Shown in pieces: positions 49,662 through 59,489 of a stretch of 64,000 bases of DNA; position 1 is the stretch's first letter, and each line of letters opens with the position of its first letter. Source of the stretch: an uncultured Bacilli bacterium (GTDB taxonomy: Bacteria > Bacillota_I > Bacilli_A > RF39 > UBA660); assembly GCA_910587745.1 (NCBI GenBank), contig CAJUNE010000001.1, positions 15,439 to 79,438 of the forward strand, written 5' to 3'. The notes under the pieces are model-generated. The model was not told the DNA's origin, did not search any database, and saw nothing but the letters and a program-made list of their open reading frames with translations. Position numbers and translations under genes: made by a program.

Positions 49662-50099
49662 ATGGAAGATAAAATTAGAAAGTTAGAACAAGAAAGAGAT
49701 TATATACTATCTACTACGGAAGATAAAAGATTAAGTAAGAATAGCACTACTCATTCTAGAATTAAATGTTTTTATAATAGAAGAATTAGTATGTTAAAGA
49801 AATACGGTGTTGAATATGCTCTACAATTAAAACAAGTAAGAGATAAGATAAACGAAACTAATCAAAAGAAGTATGGGTCTAATTCAATTCTAGGTAATAA
49901 GGAATTCCGTGAGAAATATGATATTAATACCAACTTTCAAAAACTAGAAGTAAGAAGAAAGACAAAACAGACTAGTATTATGAGGTATCGAGTATCACAT
50001 CCTCAAAAGAGTCCTATTATTAAAATGAAGATAAGGAAAACTAATTTACTACGATATGGGACACCTAATGGTAAAGGTAAAAGGAAATGTTATGAATAA
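49662..50099 (+). CDS. basic hypothetical protein with three KYG-containing modules
   Basis: Repeated ...KKYG... modules, Lys/Arg-rich (nucleic-acid-binding-like). ATG 49662 lies after RBS AGGGAG; the listed start 49605 is in frame upstream. Confidence 0.3.
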   Translation: MEDKIRKLEQERDYILSTTEDKRLSKNSTTHSRIKCFYNRRISMLKKYGVEYALQLKQVRDKINETNQKKYGSNSILGNKEFREKYDINTNFQKLEVRRKTKQTSIMRYRVSHPQKSPIIKMKIRKTNLLRYGTPNGKGKRKCYE

Positions 50100-50490
50100 T
50101 AAGTTATTTGAGATGTTAGACAAATTAGATAGTTTTGTTACAACTGAAGAAATTGGTATAGATTTTATAGAAGTTTATAATAGTAAAAATGAACTACAAA
50201 TTGATATATTTTCAGTTCCAAACAATTCATTTAAGTTATTTTCAGTTCCTGATATTGTTGTTGGTTATTTATATTTTGATAAAGATAAAAATTGTGTTTG
50301 GAGTTATCGTGATGAAGAATTTGGAAATGATAATAGAAAGAATAAGATTAACAAAATATCCGTACAATATGAAAATGGAGATTTCATAGATGTACGAGTT
50401 AATTGGAATTCGTTATTTTATGAGTTAGATAGTGGAAATAGTATCCTATTATTTATGGGAGAAAAAATTATAGATGATAAAAGGAATTGA
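50092..50490 (+). CDS. hypothetical protein
   Basis: ORF with RBS AAAGGAAA before ATG 50092, overlapping the upstream stop. No recognisable motif. Confidence 0.3.
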   Translation: MNNKLFEMLDKLDSFVTTEEIGIDFIEVYNSKNELQIDIFSVPNNSFKLFSVPDIVVGYLYFDKDKNCVWSYRDEEFGNDNRKNKINKISVQYENGDFIDVRVNWNSLFYELDSGNSILLFMGEKIIDDKRN

Positions 50491-51014
50491 TTATGTTATT
50501 GTATAACGGAAGTAAGTTTGTAAAAGGAAATGTGTTTGAGGATCCTAGAGGTAATAAATTCACATTTTATAAAAATACTAAAAATGGTAAGTTATTTACA
50601 ATGGAAAATGGTGTTAGAGTTGGTTTAACAGAGGGTCAAGTAAATAAATTGAAATTATTAAATGAAGATACTATTACAAAGAAAATTGAAGCACCTAAAA
50701 TAATTGGAATAGATATTAAATTTGATTTTTGTGAAGAAAAATTTCGTATATTAGAGAATTCCTTAAAGAGTTTTAATGTCTATATAGATAGTGATAATCA
50801 AAATCACTTTATTGGATATGTTTGTTTTGATATGAAGAATGTTACATTAGGTAGTTTTACTTTAGAATTCCTAAAAGAGTATCAAAAAAGTGGTTTAGTT
50901 GATGTAATGTTTGAAGATATGACTGGAGAACAATATAAAACAGTATGGATTTATGGAATTCAAAATATACAAGATGATATTTATCTATTCTTGTTTGAAA
51001 GTAAAAAAGAATAG
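50487..51014 (+). CDS. hypothetical protein
   Basis: ORF translationally coupled to the upstream gene; no recognisable motif. Confidence 0.3.
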   Translation: MIMLLYNGSKFVKGNVFEDPRGNKFTFYKNTKNGKLFTMENGVRVGLTEGQVNKLKLLNEDTITKKIEAPKIIGIDIKFDFCEEKFRILENSLKSFNVYIDSDNQNHFIGYVCFDMKNVTLGSFTLEFLKEYQKSGLVDVMFEDMTGEQYKTVWIYGIQNIQDDIYLFLFESKKE

Positions 51015-51075
51015 TCTTTGTATGTTGTTATTCTCTTGTTTCTAGTAGATAATTACACTAGGTGGTGTTTTATAT

Positions 51076-51372
51076 ATGAGAAAAGATTTAAGAAAAAAAT
51101 ATGATGATTATTATAAAGAATATGACTTGTATATAAGAGATATAATGGTTAAAACATATGCTAGACAACTTTCTAAATACTATGATTATGGGTTATTGAT
51201 TAATCGAGATACTAGTTTAAATCAATATGTGAATTCAATAGGAGATTTATTTAATGTAACCTATTTATTTTCTGAATTGAGAAACGAGGTAGAACAACTA
51301 TTAAGAGAGAAATATCATTTAGTTATCGTAAATGATGAACCTTTACAAATTGAAACAATTAAAAATGACTAG
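51076..51372 (+). CDS. hypothetical small protein
   Basis: ORF with RBS TAGGTGG; no recognisable motif. Confidence 0.3.
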   Translation: MRKDLRKKYDDYYKEYDLYIRDIMVKTYARQLSKYYDYGLLINRDTSLNQYVNSIGDLFNVTYLFSELRNEVEQLLREKYHLVIVNDEPLQIETIKND

Positions 51373-51390
51373 TTCATGAACTGAATTTAG

Positions 51391-51684
51391 TCATTTTTGT
51401 TTTTTGATTAAATCATCAAGTTTAACTCCTAGAGCAACTGATATTTTATAAAATGTGTCAACACTAAAATTATATGCTGTTTTTTCACTCTCTATTTGTC
51501 TTATAAAGTCGTGTGATAAGTCTACCATTTCCGATAATTCCATAGCAGTAATACCTTTTAATTTTCTATATTTCTTAATGTTTTTACGAATTGTATTATA
51601 GATGTCGGTATCAAATTTTAACGTTTCTTTCCTCTTCATAATAACTTCATATCTCCTAAATATAATTGTAGAGTAATACCTCAC
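51391..51684 (-). CDS. XRE-family helix-turn-helix transcriptional regulator
   Basis: LKGITAMELSEMVDLSHDFIRQIESEK is a Cro/CI-type HTH; divergently oriented to the downstream operon. Confidence 0.75.
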   Translation of the reverse strand: MRYYSTIIFRRYEVIMKRKETLKFDTDIYNTIRKNIKKYRKLKGITAMELSEMVDLSHDFIRQIESEKTAYNFSVDTFYKISVALGVKLDDLIKKQK

Positions 51685-51716
51685 AAAAATATGTTAGGTA
51701 ACTTCTAACATTATTG

Positions 51717-51746
51717 TTGACAAATATTGTAGAAATATGATATTAT
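51717..51746 (+). promoter_or_regulatory. promoter in the divergent control region of the element
   Basis: TTGACA, 18-nt spacer, TATTAT(AAT). Followed by a nested hairpin (ttccgacaaaa...ttttt-cggaa enclosing ctgttgg...caacag) and a terminator-like ggaacact...agtgttcc+T6 before ATG 51907. Confidence 0.4.
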
Positions 51747-51906
51747 AATGATGTCGGTAAGAAGTACTTAATTCCGACAAAACGTAGTACTGTTGGTTTG
51801 AAGTAATAGAAGTCAACAGATGAAGTTTTTCGGAACACTAAGTAGTTTTTAAAGTGTTCCTTTTTTGTTGTTTAAGGAATACTATGTAGAAAGAGAGAGT
51901 GTTTAT

Positions 51907-52869
51907 ATGAGTAAGAAAGAAACAAATTCAACCGAAAAAAAGAAAGGAAAATTAAAGAAAATTCTATTGATTATTTTATTAATAATTGTAGTTCCTATTA
52001 TTGTGTTCTTTGGTTATAGGTTCATTAGTACTAAAATTAGTAAATCTAATTCAGAAAAATTTAATAATAATTTGAATGAACTCGCTAAGGAACGAATTGA
52101 TTATGTATTTATCGAGATTAACCCATCACTTGTATTAACTGTTAAAGATAATAAAGTAGAAGATATAAGTTGTTTAAATGATGACTGTATGACTATGTAT
52201 AATGAATTAAATGTCAAAGGAAAAAATATTAATGATAGTATTGATACTATTTATAATAAGTCTAAAGAAAAAGGTTTTGATGTTTCAAATGGAGTTAAGA
52301 TTAAAACTTCTAATAATGTAAATATTGAAGTTAAGGACCATATTATTATCGAACATATAGATAGTATTAAAGAACAAGAATTGTTAAAAGAAGTAAAGAA
52401 CAATGAAGATATTAAAAATGTAAGTAATGATAATTATTACACTAATTTATGGGAAGAATTAAAGAAAGACAAAGATTATGATAATTTTTATACTTGTAAA
52501 ATGGTGGATAAAGAACTTAAATGTTATTTCGCAGAGAAGTTTTTAACTATGTCAAACGAAAATAACGGTAATGGTTTAAATCCTAGGGATTTATCAAGAG
52601 TTTTAGATAAGTTTGGAATTAAGTACGAAAGTTGGAACTGGGGAGTAGATTTTGGAGATCATCCATATGGTTTATATATAAATGGTAAACTTTATTATAT
52701 GGTTAACGATAGTTTAGAATATTACGGAGATATACCTGATTGTGAGAGTGAAAAATCTGGTATGCCAACAGGTTATGTTTCTTGTGCTATGGCATATGGA
52801 AACCCTGAAAATATAATACAATATCCAAAAAGTAAATTAAATCTATTAACTTCACAATTTGATAGTTAG
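51907..52869 (+). CDS. hypothetical N-terminally membrane-anchored protein
   Basis: Lys-rich N-terminus, then TM helix ILLIILLIIVVPIIVFFGY and a hydrophilic ~280-aa domain. ATG 51907 follows RBS AGAGAGAG. Confidence 0.35.
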   Translation: MSKKETNSTEKKKGKLKKILLIILLIIVVPIIVFFGYRFISTKISKSNSEKFNNNLNELAKERIDYVFIEINPSLVLTVKDNKVEDISCLNDDCMTMYNELNVKGKNINDSIDTIYNKSKEKGFDVSNGVKIKTSNNVNIEVKDHIIIEHIDSIKEQELLKEVKNNEDIKNVSNDNYYTNLWEELKKDKDYDNFYTCKMVDKELKCYFAEKFLTMSNENNGNGLNPRDLSRVLDKFGIKYESWNWGVDFGDHPYGLYINGKLYYMVNDSLEYYGDIPDCESEKSGMPTGYVSCAMAYGNPENIIQYPKSKLNLLTSQFDS

Positions 52870-52871
52870 GA

Positions 52872-54260
52872 GTGGTCTATGTGGCATTAATTAAATGTAG
52901 TGAGTGTGGAAAAGAAATGAGTGACCATGCTAAAATATGTCCTAATTGTGGTTGTATTATTGATTCTATCAAAAATACCAATAATGCTAGTAAAAAAAGA
53001 AACTCTTTTTTAAAAAACAAAAAAGTATGGATAGTTTTAAGTGTAATAATAATAATTATGGGAATAGTTATTATTAGTTTTTTTAACCTATCTGATAGTA
53101 ATATCATAAGGGAATTGAATATTGAAGAAGGTTGCTATGCGAGAGAAGATGATAAAGAGAATCTGATTTGTTTTACTAAGGGTGTGAAATTTCATAATGT
53201 TTTATATAAATATGACACTTACTGGAATGATAAATATGCAAATATACCACCAAAGGATGATCCATCATATGGTACAACAGAGTTTTCGTTTAATTATGAT
53301 AAAAAAACTATTACTACTAATGTTAAAAGTAAAGGCCCCACTGGCACGGCTAGGCTGGAAAGAAAATGTTCAGTTGTTAATTCAACAACAATTGAGTGTT
53401 ATGAAAATCAATATGAAAATCATGGAGATGGAGAAAAAATTGTTGAAGATTTAGCAGTAAAACGTATATATATTAAAGTTAATAAGGATTTTAATGAAGA
53501 AATTATTAATGAATTTCCTATATTTGAACGGATAAAACCCTTTAAAATTAATTTTGATGGTGAAGAAATAACTTGTAATTTAACTTGGAAATATTCTCAA
53601 ATAAGGATTTCTGGACCAGTGGCCATAAAAGACTGTTTAGAGAATAAATATAATACCAACTATACTGTTAGTAATGTCAGTGAAGATGATAATAGATGGT
53701 TAATATTTTCATCAGAACAAAGCGAAGCTGCTGAAAAGATATTTCCTAAAGTATATGGAACTATGGGTTTAACAACTAATCCCGATGCTATAAAATATAT
53801 TAAAGCAAATTATAGTTATTATGTCAAAGTAGATGATAGAGAATTTCGTGCTTTTGAGGATTTTCCAATTGATCCATATAATCAAGATGAGTTAATGACA
53901 GTTAGTATTACTACAACAAAAGAAGATAAAAATAAGGAATATGGATTGTATGAATTACAAAAAAAGTATATAGACACTACTATAAATTACTGGGGAAGTT
54001 CATATGAGTTTACAGGTTCAAAAAATGGTGTTTTTGCTACATTAATTAATGGTAAACTAGCTGAAATACAAAATAATCCAGTAGGTTTTACTTATGAACA
54101 TTTTGGAAATACTATAAGTATAGATGGTGGAGATGTTATTTGTAAGCTATATAGTGATTCAAGAATGGAGTGTAAAGCAAAAAATTCCTCTTCTATTAGT
54201 TATTATGTTGCTAAAAATGATCCTTTGTATAGTAAAGAAAATTATAGACATGCAGATTAG
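52872..54260 (+). CDS. hypothetical protein: N-terminal double-CxxC zinc ribbon, single TM, large C-terminal domain
   Basis: CSECGKEMSDHAKICPNCGC, then VWIVLSVIIIIMGIVIISFF, then a ~380-aa domain; coupled to the upstream gene by a 2-nt gap. Confidence 0.35.
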   Translation: MVYVALIKCSECGKEMSDHAKICPNCGCIIDSIKNTNNASKKRNSFLKNKKVWIVLSVIIIIMGIVIISFFNLSDSNIIRELNIEEGCYAREDDKENLICFTKGVKFHNVLYKYDTYWNDKYANIPPKDDPSYGTTEFSFNYDKKTITTNVKSKGPTGTARLERKCSVVNSTTIECYENQYENHGDGEKIVEDLAVKRIYIKVNKDFNEEIINEFPIFERIKPFKINFDGEEITCNLTWKYSQIRISGPVAIKDCLENKYNTNYTVSNVSEDDNRWLIFSSEQSEAAEKIFPKVYGTMGLTTNPDAIKYIKANYSYYVKVDDREFRAFEDFPIDPYNQDELMTVSITTTKEDKNKEYGLYELQKKYIDTTINYWGSSYEFTGSKNGVFATLINGKLAEIQNNPVGFTYEHFGNTISIDGGDVICKLYSDSRMECKAKNSSSISYYVAKNDPLYSKENYRHAD

Positions 54261-54315
54261 ATTCATTTCAAAGTGAGTATGATATCAATTAATTGTAGGT
54301 ACGAGAAAAGACAGT

Positions 54316-55509
54316 TTAGTTGCTGTCTTCTTTTTTGTTTCTATAATAGTATTCGTTAGATTTTTTATTCTTCCTATATCTTTGACATTCTTTAGTTTTG
54401 CAGTATTCTTGTCTTCCATTTTGCTGAAAGTATCTTTTACAATTAGGGTTAGCACACTTTATCATTTTAACTCCCCCATACTCGTAGTTAGTTGTTAAAT
54501 TAAGCAATAATTTATAGTATGAGACTCCTATTAAAGAATAACCCATAATAAAGTTTTTGTATATACGAATATCTTTGTCAAATACTATTTGTTCGTAATC
54601 AATATTAAAACTTTGATAATAAGTATCACTTATTCCAAACGGATAATAGAATTCTTGACCTTTTACATAATGTTTTAGTTTGTAGGTATATAGTAATGAT
54701 AAACCATTTATAACTCCTATCACATCTTCAAAATTAGACATATCTATTCTAGTATTTAATAAGGATATATCAAGTAAATAGTTATCTTCATTTTCTTTCA
54801 TTTCGGTTATTACAGGCATTAGAAATTCAAGGTTAATCTTGTATTTATCTTTTTCTTCAAATATTAAGTCCATTTCTTTTAACCACTCTTTAAAGGTAGA
54901 TATAGCACTTGTTGTGTGAATCGTTTTAAGAATAAGAACTCCGTAAATTAAATACCAATAAATATATTCGTTTAGTTCATCAAGTAAATCATTAATTACA
55001 TTGTCATATTTGTTTTCGTAGTCAGGATTTCTAGAACTTAAAGACTCTATTTCGTGTATGATTTCGTGTGTTCTAGAAAGTATATAGAGATTTACTACAT
55101 CTTTACTGAATAAACCTATATTCAAATCAAGTTTATTAGTTCTATTCTTACCGTAATATTCAAAACCTCTAAAATATGGATAACCATTTTTTTGAACCCA
55201 ATAGTCAATACCAAACTTTATTCCCTCTATGTGTTCCAATTCACTTACTTTATAAAATAGATATTCTATATCAAAATGTTCATCATTTTTCATATATTCG
55301 TAAAGTTCTTCTCCAAGGGAGTAAATACTTTCGTAGATATCTTCTATCTTAGTAGCAACTATTTTTTCTTTTATAAAGGGAATTTCATTATAGGAGTAAT
55401 CACTATCGTTATTATTAGTATTATGATGGAAGTATTCATATAACAAGATATAACAGTTATCATATACCTCATCTATCTCAATGTGTTTAAAATCTAACAT
55501 AAAGACCAC
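54316..55509 (-). CDS. hypothetical protein with HExxH(E) motif and C-terminal Cys4 zinc-finger-like tail
   Basis: SRTHEIIHEIESL (HExxH plus Glu) at about residue 150. C-terminal CANPNCKRYF...YCKTKECQRYRKNKK (C-x4-C-x13-C-x4-C). Possible ImmA/IrrE-like metallopeptidase, unverified. Confidence 0.3.
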   Translation of the reverse strand: MVFMLDFKHIEIDEVYDNCYILLYEYFHHNTNNNDSDYSYNEIPFIKEKIVATKIEDIYESIYSLGEELYEYMKNDEHFDIEYLFYKVSELEHIEGIKFGIDYWVQKNGYPYFRGFEYYGKNRTNKLDLNIGLFSKDVVNLYILSRTHEIIHEIESLSSRNPDYENKYDNVINDLLDELNEYIYWYLIYGVLILKTIHTTSAISTFKEWLKEMDLIFEEKDKYKINLEFLMPVITEMKENEDNYLLDISLLNTRIDMSNFEDVIGVINGLSLLYTYKLKHYVKGQEFYYPFGISDTYYQSFNIDYEQIVFDKDIRIYKNFIMGYSLIGVSYYKLLLNLTTNYEYGGVKMIKCANPNCKRYFQQNGRQEYCKTKECQRYRKNKKSNEYYYRNKKEDSN

Positions 55510-55600
55510 CTCTTTATTAATCTTACCATATTCTTACCGATTAAGAAATGTCTTTTGGTAAGATTTTTTAATAAGATATTAATGGAAAGGAGAAAAAGAA

Positions 55601-56050
55601 ATGAATGAGTATGTTGATACTAGTTTTGGTAGTATCGATGAAGAAACTAAAACTTCTGAATTAAATTACATTCAAAAGGCTTTTCTAACTTGTGATATAG
55701 AGTTAGAAGATGGTGTTCTTTATGATGGTGAACTATTAGAAGTTAAAGATGGGGAAACTGGACCTGATACGCCAATTGTAAGTTATGTTTATGGGGTAAA
55801 TGGTATTGAAGTTAAAGATACTTACTTCTTAAGTCAAAATGCCATTAAATTAAACATTTCAAGACTAAAGGAAACTTTACAAAAGTTTGGTTACTCTTTA
55901 GGAATTGAAGATTTGGTTGATGGAGCGAAGTCTATAGCAAAATCTACTAAATGTTTAGTGGGTACTAAAGTTACACTTAAACAAACAAGTAGAATAACCA
56001 AAGATAGAACTTTCAAGAATATTGAAGTTGTATCTGTAATCGGAAAATAA
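55601..56050 (+). CDS. hypothetical protein
   Basis: ORF with RBS GGAGAAAAAG; no motif recognised. Confidence 0.3.
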   Translation: MNEYVDTSFGSIDEETKTSELNYIQKAFLTCDIELEDGVLYDGELLEVKDGETGPDTPIVSYVYGVNGIEVKDTYFLSQNAIKLNISRLKETLQKFGYSLGIEDLVDGAKSIAKSTKCLVGTKVTLKQTSRITKDRTFKNIEVVSVIGK

Positions 56051-56157
56051 TTAATAAAAATTAGGTAGTTGGGGTTGATGATTTCATATATCTACCCCTA
56101 ACCTAATTATATGATTATTTTGTTTGTTACATTTAGAAAAATGAAAGGAGATTAAAA

Positions 56158-56523
56158 ATGTATAAACAATTTATTGAATTATCTCTTTATGTATATGGAG
56201 AAAAAGGTATGAAGAGGTATGACTTTCTCGATAATGAGGTTTGTCAATTTAAAATGGATAAAATTACTTCTTGTGTGGAGTGTTTAGATAATTGGGTAAG
56301 AAAAACCTATCAATGTGAAAGTTTTTCTATAAAGTTATTGAAAAAGGGAGAAATAATTAGAGAGTGTGATTTGGAAGAGTTTTTGAAAACCTTACCTCTA
56401 GTGGGGACAATTGTATTTGTGTATGATGATGGTACTGAAGAACATTATAGTTTTCCTCGTGAATTAGATATTCAATATGACATACAAGATGATTATGTAT
56501 CTTTAAAGTTAGGAAATGTGTAG
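56158..56523 (+). CDS. hypothetical protein
   Basis: ORF with RBS AAAGGAGA; Cys pairs (CVECLDNW...CESF). Confidence 0.3.
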   Translation: MYKQFIELSLYVYGEKGMKRYDFLDNEVCQFKMDKITSCVECLDNWVRKTYQCESFSIKLLKKGEIIRECDLEEFLKTLPLVGTIVFVYDDGTEEHYSFPRELDIQYDIQDDYVSLKLGNV

Positions 56524-56552
56524 AAATGAGTAAGGAAAGGAAAGGAAAATAT

Positions 56553-57869
56553 ATGAATAAGATGTCAATAGTTTTTAGTGAAGAACAACAAACTACTTTA
56601 AAAATAATGGAAACAAGTAATCAAAATATGGGTATAACAGGAAAACCTGGAACTGGTAAGTCAGAAGTTTTAAAACAATTTGTGATAAACACTAAAAAGA
56701 AAGTCGTTGTACTTGCTCCTACTGGAGTGGCTGCTTTAAATGTAGGGGGTCAAACAATACATTCTTTCTTTAGACTGGATCCAAAGATTAATTTTGTTGA
56801 GGAATTACAACTTGATAAAATGAGACCATATTTAAAGGATTTATTAAAAAAGATTGATACCATCATCATCGATGAAATATCAATGGTTTCACCAAACTTA
56901 TTAGATATTATAGATACCATGTGTAAGTATGCCACTGGTGTTTCAAGTTCTTTTGGTGGAATACAATTAATATGTTTCGGAGATTTATATCAGTTGTTAC
57001 CAATTGTAACAGATGATTATGTAAAATCTAGATTAAAAAAGGAATACGGTGAAGTGCTGTTTTATAAAGCACACGCTTTTGAAAATAACAACTTCATCGA
57101 TGACAATAGTTTAAAAGTTTATGAGTTAAATAAGGTTTTTAGACAAAGTGATGAAAATTTTAAGAGTATTCTAAATGAGATAAGACTTGGAACTGTTTCT
57201 CAAGAAACTCTTGATATTCTTAATAAACGAGTAATTACTGGAGATGTAAAAGAAGATATTATTACTTTAGCAACAAATAATGAAATTGTTAATAGTATTA
57301 ACAAATCTAAACTTGATGAATTACGAAGTAAAGAATTTATTTATAAGGCTAAAGTTGAGGGAAATATATCAAGTAAACAATACCCTAATGATGAGGAACT
57401 TCATTTAAAAGTTGGTTCCCAAATAATGATGCTTATTAATGACAAACTTGGAAGATGGGTTAATGGAACTATTGGTGTTGTTTCAAGTCTTAAACCTAAC
57501 GAAATTAAAGTTAGAATTAATGATGAAGAGTACACCATAGAAAAATATACTTGGGAAAATAGTAAGTATGTATTAAATAATGGAGAATTCTCACAAGAGA
57601 TTATTGGAAAGTTTGAACAATATCCATTAAAACTTGCTTGGGCTATAACTATTCATAAAGGACAAGGTCAAACTTATAAATCGGTATTAATCGATTTAGG
57701 TACTGGTGCTTTTGCTACTGGGCAAACCTATGTAGCATTAAGTAGATGTACTACCCTTGAAACTTTGTATTTAAGAAGACCGATAAAGTTTTCGGATATA
57801 ACAGTTAATCAAGAAGTAGTTGACTTTATGAAAAAAGTTGAAATAGTAAAATTAGGAGGAGAAAAGTAA
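56553..57869 (+). CDS. Pif1/RecD-like superfamily-1 DNA helicase
   Basis: Walker A GKPGTGKS, VLAPTGVAALNVGGQTIHSFF, DEISMVS (motif II), C-terminal ITIHKGQGQTY (motif V-like). ATG 56553 follows AAGGAAAGGAAA. Confidence 0.7.
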   Translation: MNKMSIVFSEEQQTTLKIMETSNQNMGITGKPGTGKSEVLKQFVINTKKKVVVLAPTGVAALNVGGQTIHSFFRLDPKINFVEELQLDKMRPYLKDLLKKIDTIIIDEISMVSPNLLDIIDTMCKYATGVSSSFGGIQLICFGDLYQLLPIVTDDYVKSRLKKEYGEVLFYKAHAFENNNFIDDNSLKVYELNKVFRQSDENFKSILNEIRLGTVSQETLDILNKRVITGDVKEDIITLATNNEIVNSINKSKLDELRSKEFIYKAKVEGNISSKQYPNDEELHLKVGSQIMMLINDKLGRWVNGTIGVVSSLKPNEIKVRINDEEYTIEKYTWENSKYVLNNGEFSQEIIGKFEQYPLKLAWAITIHKGQGQTYKSVLIDLGTGAFATGQTYVALSRCTTLETLYLRRPIKFSDITVNQEVVDFMKKVEIVKLGGEK

Positions 57870-57870
57870 A

Positions 57871-58497
57871 ATGGATAAAAATAATCAGAACACAGAAACA
57901 CTGGATATGGTAAACAGAAAATCATATCCAGCAGTTTTATTAGATGTCGTAACGGAGCATGACCCTATTAGAAAAGTGTATGTCGTGAAATTTATTTATA
58001 AAGTTTATTTTAGTGCTACACAAACTAAGGAAGTTGTTGATAATTTCTATTTGTGGGACCGTTCTAAGTATAGAAGAGTTGCTTTGGAAAGATTACATAA
58101 GGTATTAGATGTCTATAATCTTAAACTTCTTTATAAAGATTATAGAAATGAAACATCAATTGCTAATGCTTGTAAGTGGCTAGTTGATACTAAGGTGGAA
58201 ATACAACAATATAGTTACAAGGGAAACAGGTATAAAGTATTGTCTTCTGAAAGAAATGATTCTAGAAGAATAGACTGTTTATGGGAATGTATGTTGAAAA
58301 ATGATTTAGATAGTTTTCCAGAATGTTTAAAAAGCACTGATGAACTTACTGATGAACTTACTGATGAACTTCTTAATGAATTTGTATCAGCCTGTTTAAA
58401 AAGTGAGGAGTCTAACAAAAATTTAAATGAAGATTTTTGTATTACTCCTGAAATGTATTACGAACTAGAATTTAACACGAAAAAGAAACGCCGTTGA
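57871..58497 (+). CDS. hypothetical protein with 3x TDEL tandem repeat
   Basis: 12-bp unit actgatgaactt x3 at about 58340-58375; otherwise no motif. Confidence 0.3.
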   Translation: MDKNNQNTETLDMVNRKSYPAVLLDVVTEHDPIRKVYVVKFIYKVYFSATQTKEVVDNFYLWDRSKYRRVALERLHKVLDVYNLKLLYKDYRNETSIANACKWLVDTKVEIQQYSYKGNRYKVLSSERNDSRRIDCLWECMLKNDLDSFPECLKSTDELTDELTDELLNEFVSACLKSEESNKNLNEDFCITPEMYYELEFNTKKKRR

Positions 58498-58639
58498 AAA
58501 ATCATAGATTTACAAAGACTAAGAAATGCTATGTTTTTAGTCTTTGTAATATACCCTAATTAAATTTTTAAAGGGTTGTAAATAACGGTGGACTTTTACA
58601 AAGGAATATTGGATAGTATCTTCGAAAGGAGATGGACCA

Positions 58640-59236
58640 ATGAATAGAACCTATGGATATTGTAGGGTGTCGTCAAAAAATCAAAATTTAGAAAAACAAT
58701 TGTTCGTAATGAAAGAAGCAGGGGTTGATGAAAGGTTTTTATTTACGGAAAAAGAGAGTGGAAAATCTTTTTCTGACCGACCTCAATATCAAATTTTAAA
58801 AAATGCTTTAAGAAGTGGCGATACATTATATGTAACTTCACTTGATAGGTTTGGTAGAAATTATTCCCAAATCGTTGAAGAGTATTCATATATGGTAAAC
58901 AATGGTATAAATATTGTAATTCTTGATATGCCAATGCTAAGTGCCAAGCAAGATGATGATCTAATGCAAAGGTTTACACAAAATTTAGTACTTCAAATTT
59001 TAAGTTTTGTTGCTGAAACTGAACGTTTACACATTAAAGAACGTCAAAAAGATGGAATAATGGTAGCGAAGTCAAAAGGCGTAAAGTTTGGAAGAAAACG
59101 AATTGAGAAACCTAGTAACTGGAATGAAATCATTTCTAAATGGAAAAATGGAGAGATGACTGGAGTAAGAGCATACACGGAGTTAGGACTTAAAGAAACA
59201 ACATTTTATAAACTACTTCGTGAAGAAAAGGCTTAA
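58640..59236 (+). CDS. small serine recombinase (resolvase/invertase family) with C-terminal HTH
   Basis: YGYCRVSSKNQNLEKQ catalytic-Ser motif, ~200 aa, C-terminal HTH. Confidence 0.8.
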   Translation: MNRTYGYCRVSSKNQNLEKQLFVMKEAGVDERFLFTEKESGKSFSDRPQYQILKNALRSGDTLYVTSLDRFGRNYSQIVEEYSYMVNNGINIVILDMPMLSAKQDDDLMQRFTQNLVLQILSFVAETERLHIKERQKDGIMVAKSKGVKFGRKRIEKPSNWNEIISKWKNGEMTGVRAYTELGLKETTFYKLLREEKA

Positions 59237-59489
59237 AAAGTGAATAATAATTGTGGTAAAAATATTAATTAAATTCATTAAAATATCCTAATTGTTTTCT
59301 AAAAATACTTATAACTTCGTATTATTTAACGAGGTGTAAGAAATGAAAATAGTAAATATTTTTAATGAAGATGGAAAGACTCTACAAGAAATTATAGAAT
59401 TTCATTTAATCGAGTATTGTTTAAATGCTAAAAATAATTAAATATTTATAGTTGTACTTGTAGTTTAAAATTGAGAGGAGTGATTTTAT

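Noticed and set aside
48952-50099. Calling macro plus the following basic protein a DarT/DarG toxin-antitoxin pair
   Set aside because: The gene order and sizes are wrong (DarT precedes a ~350-aa DarG), and the basic protein lacks recognisable DarT (DUF4433) ART motifs. Kept only as a macro-domain finding.
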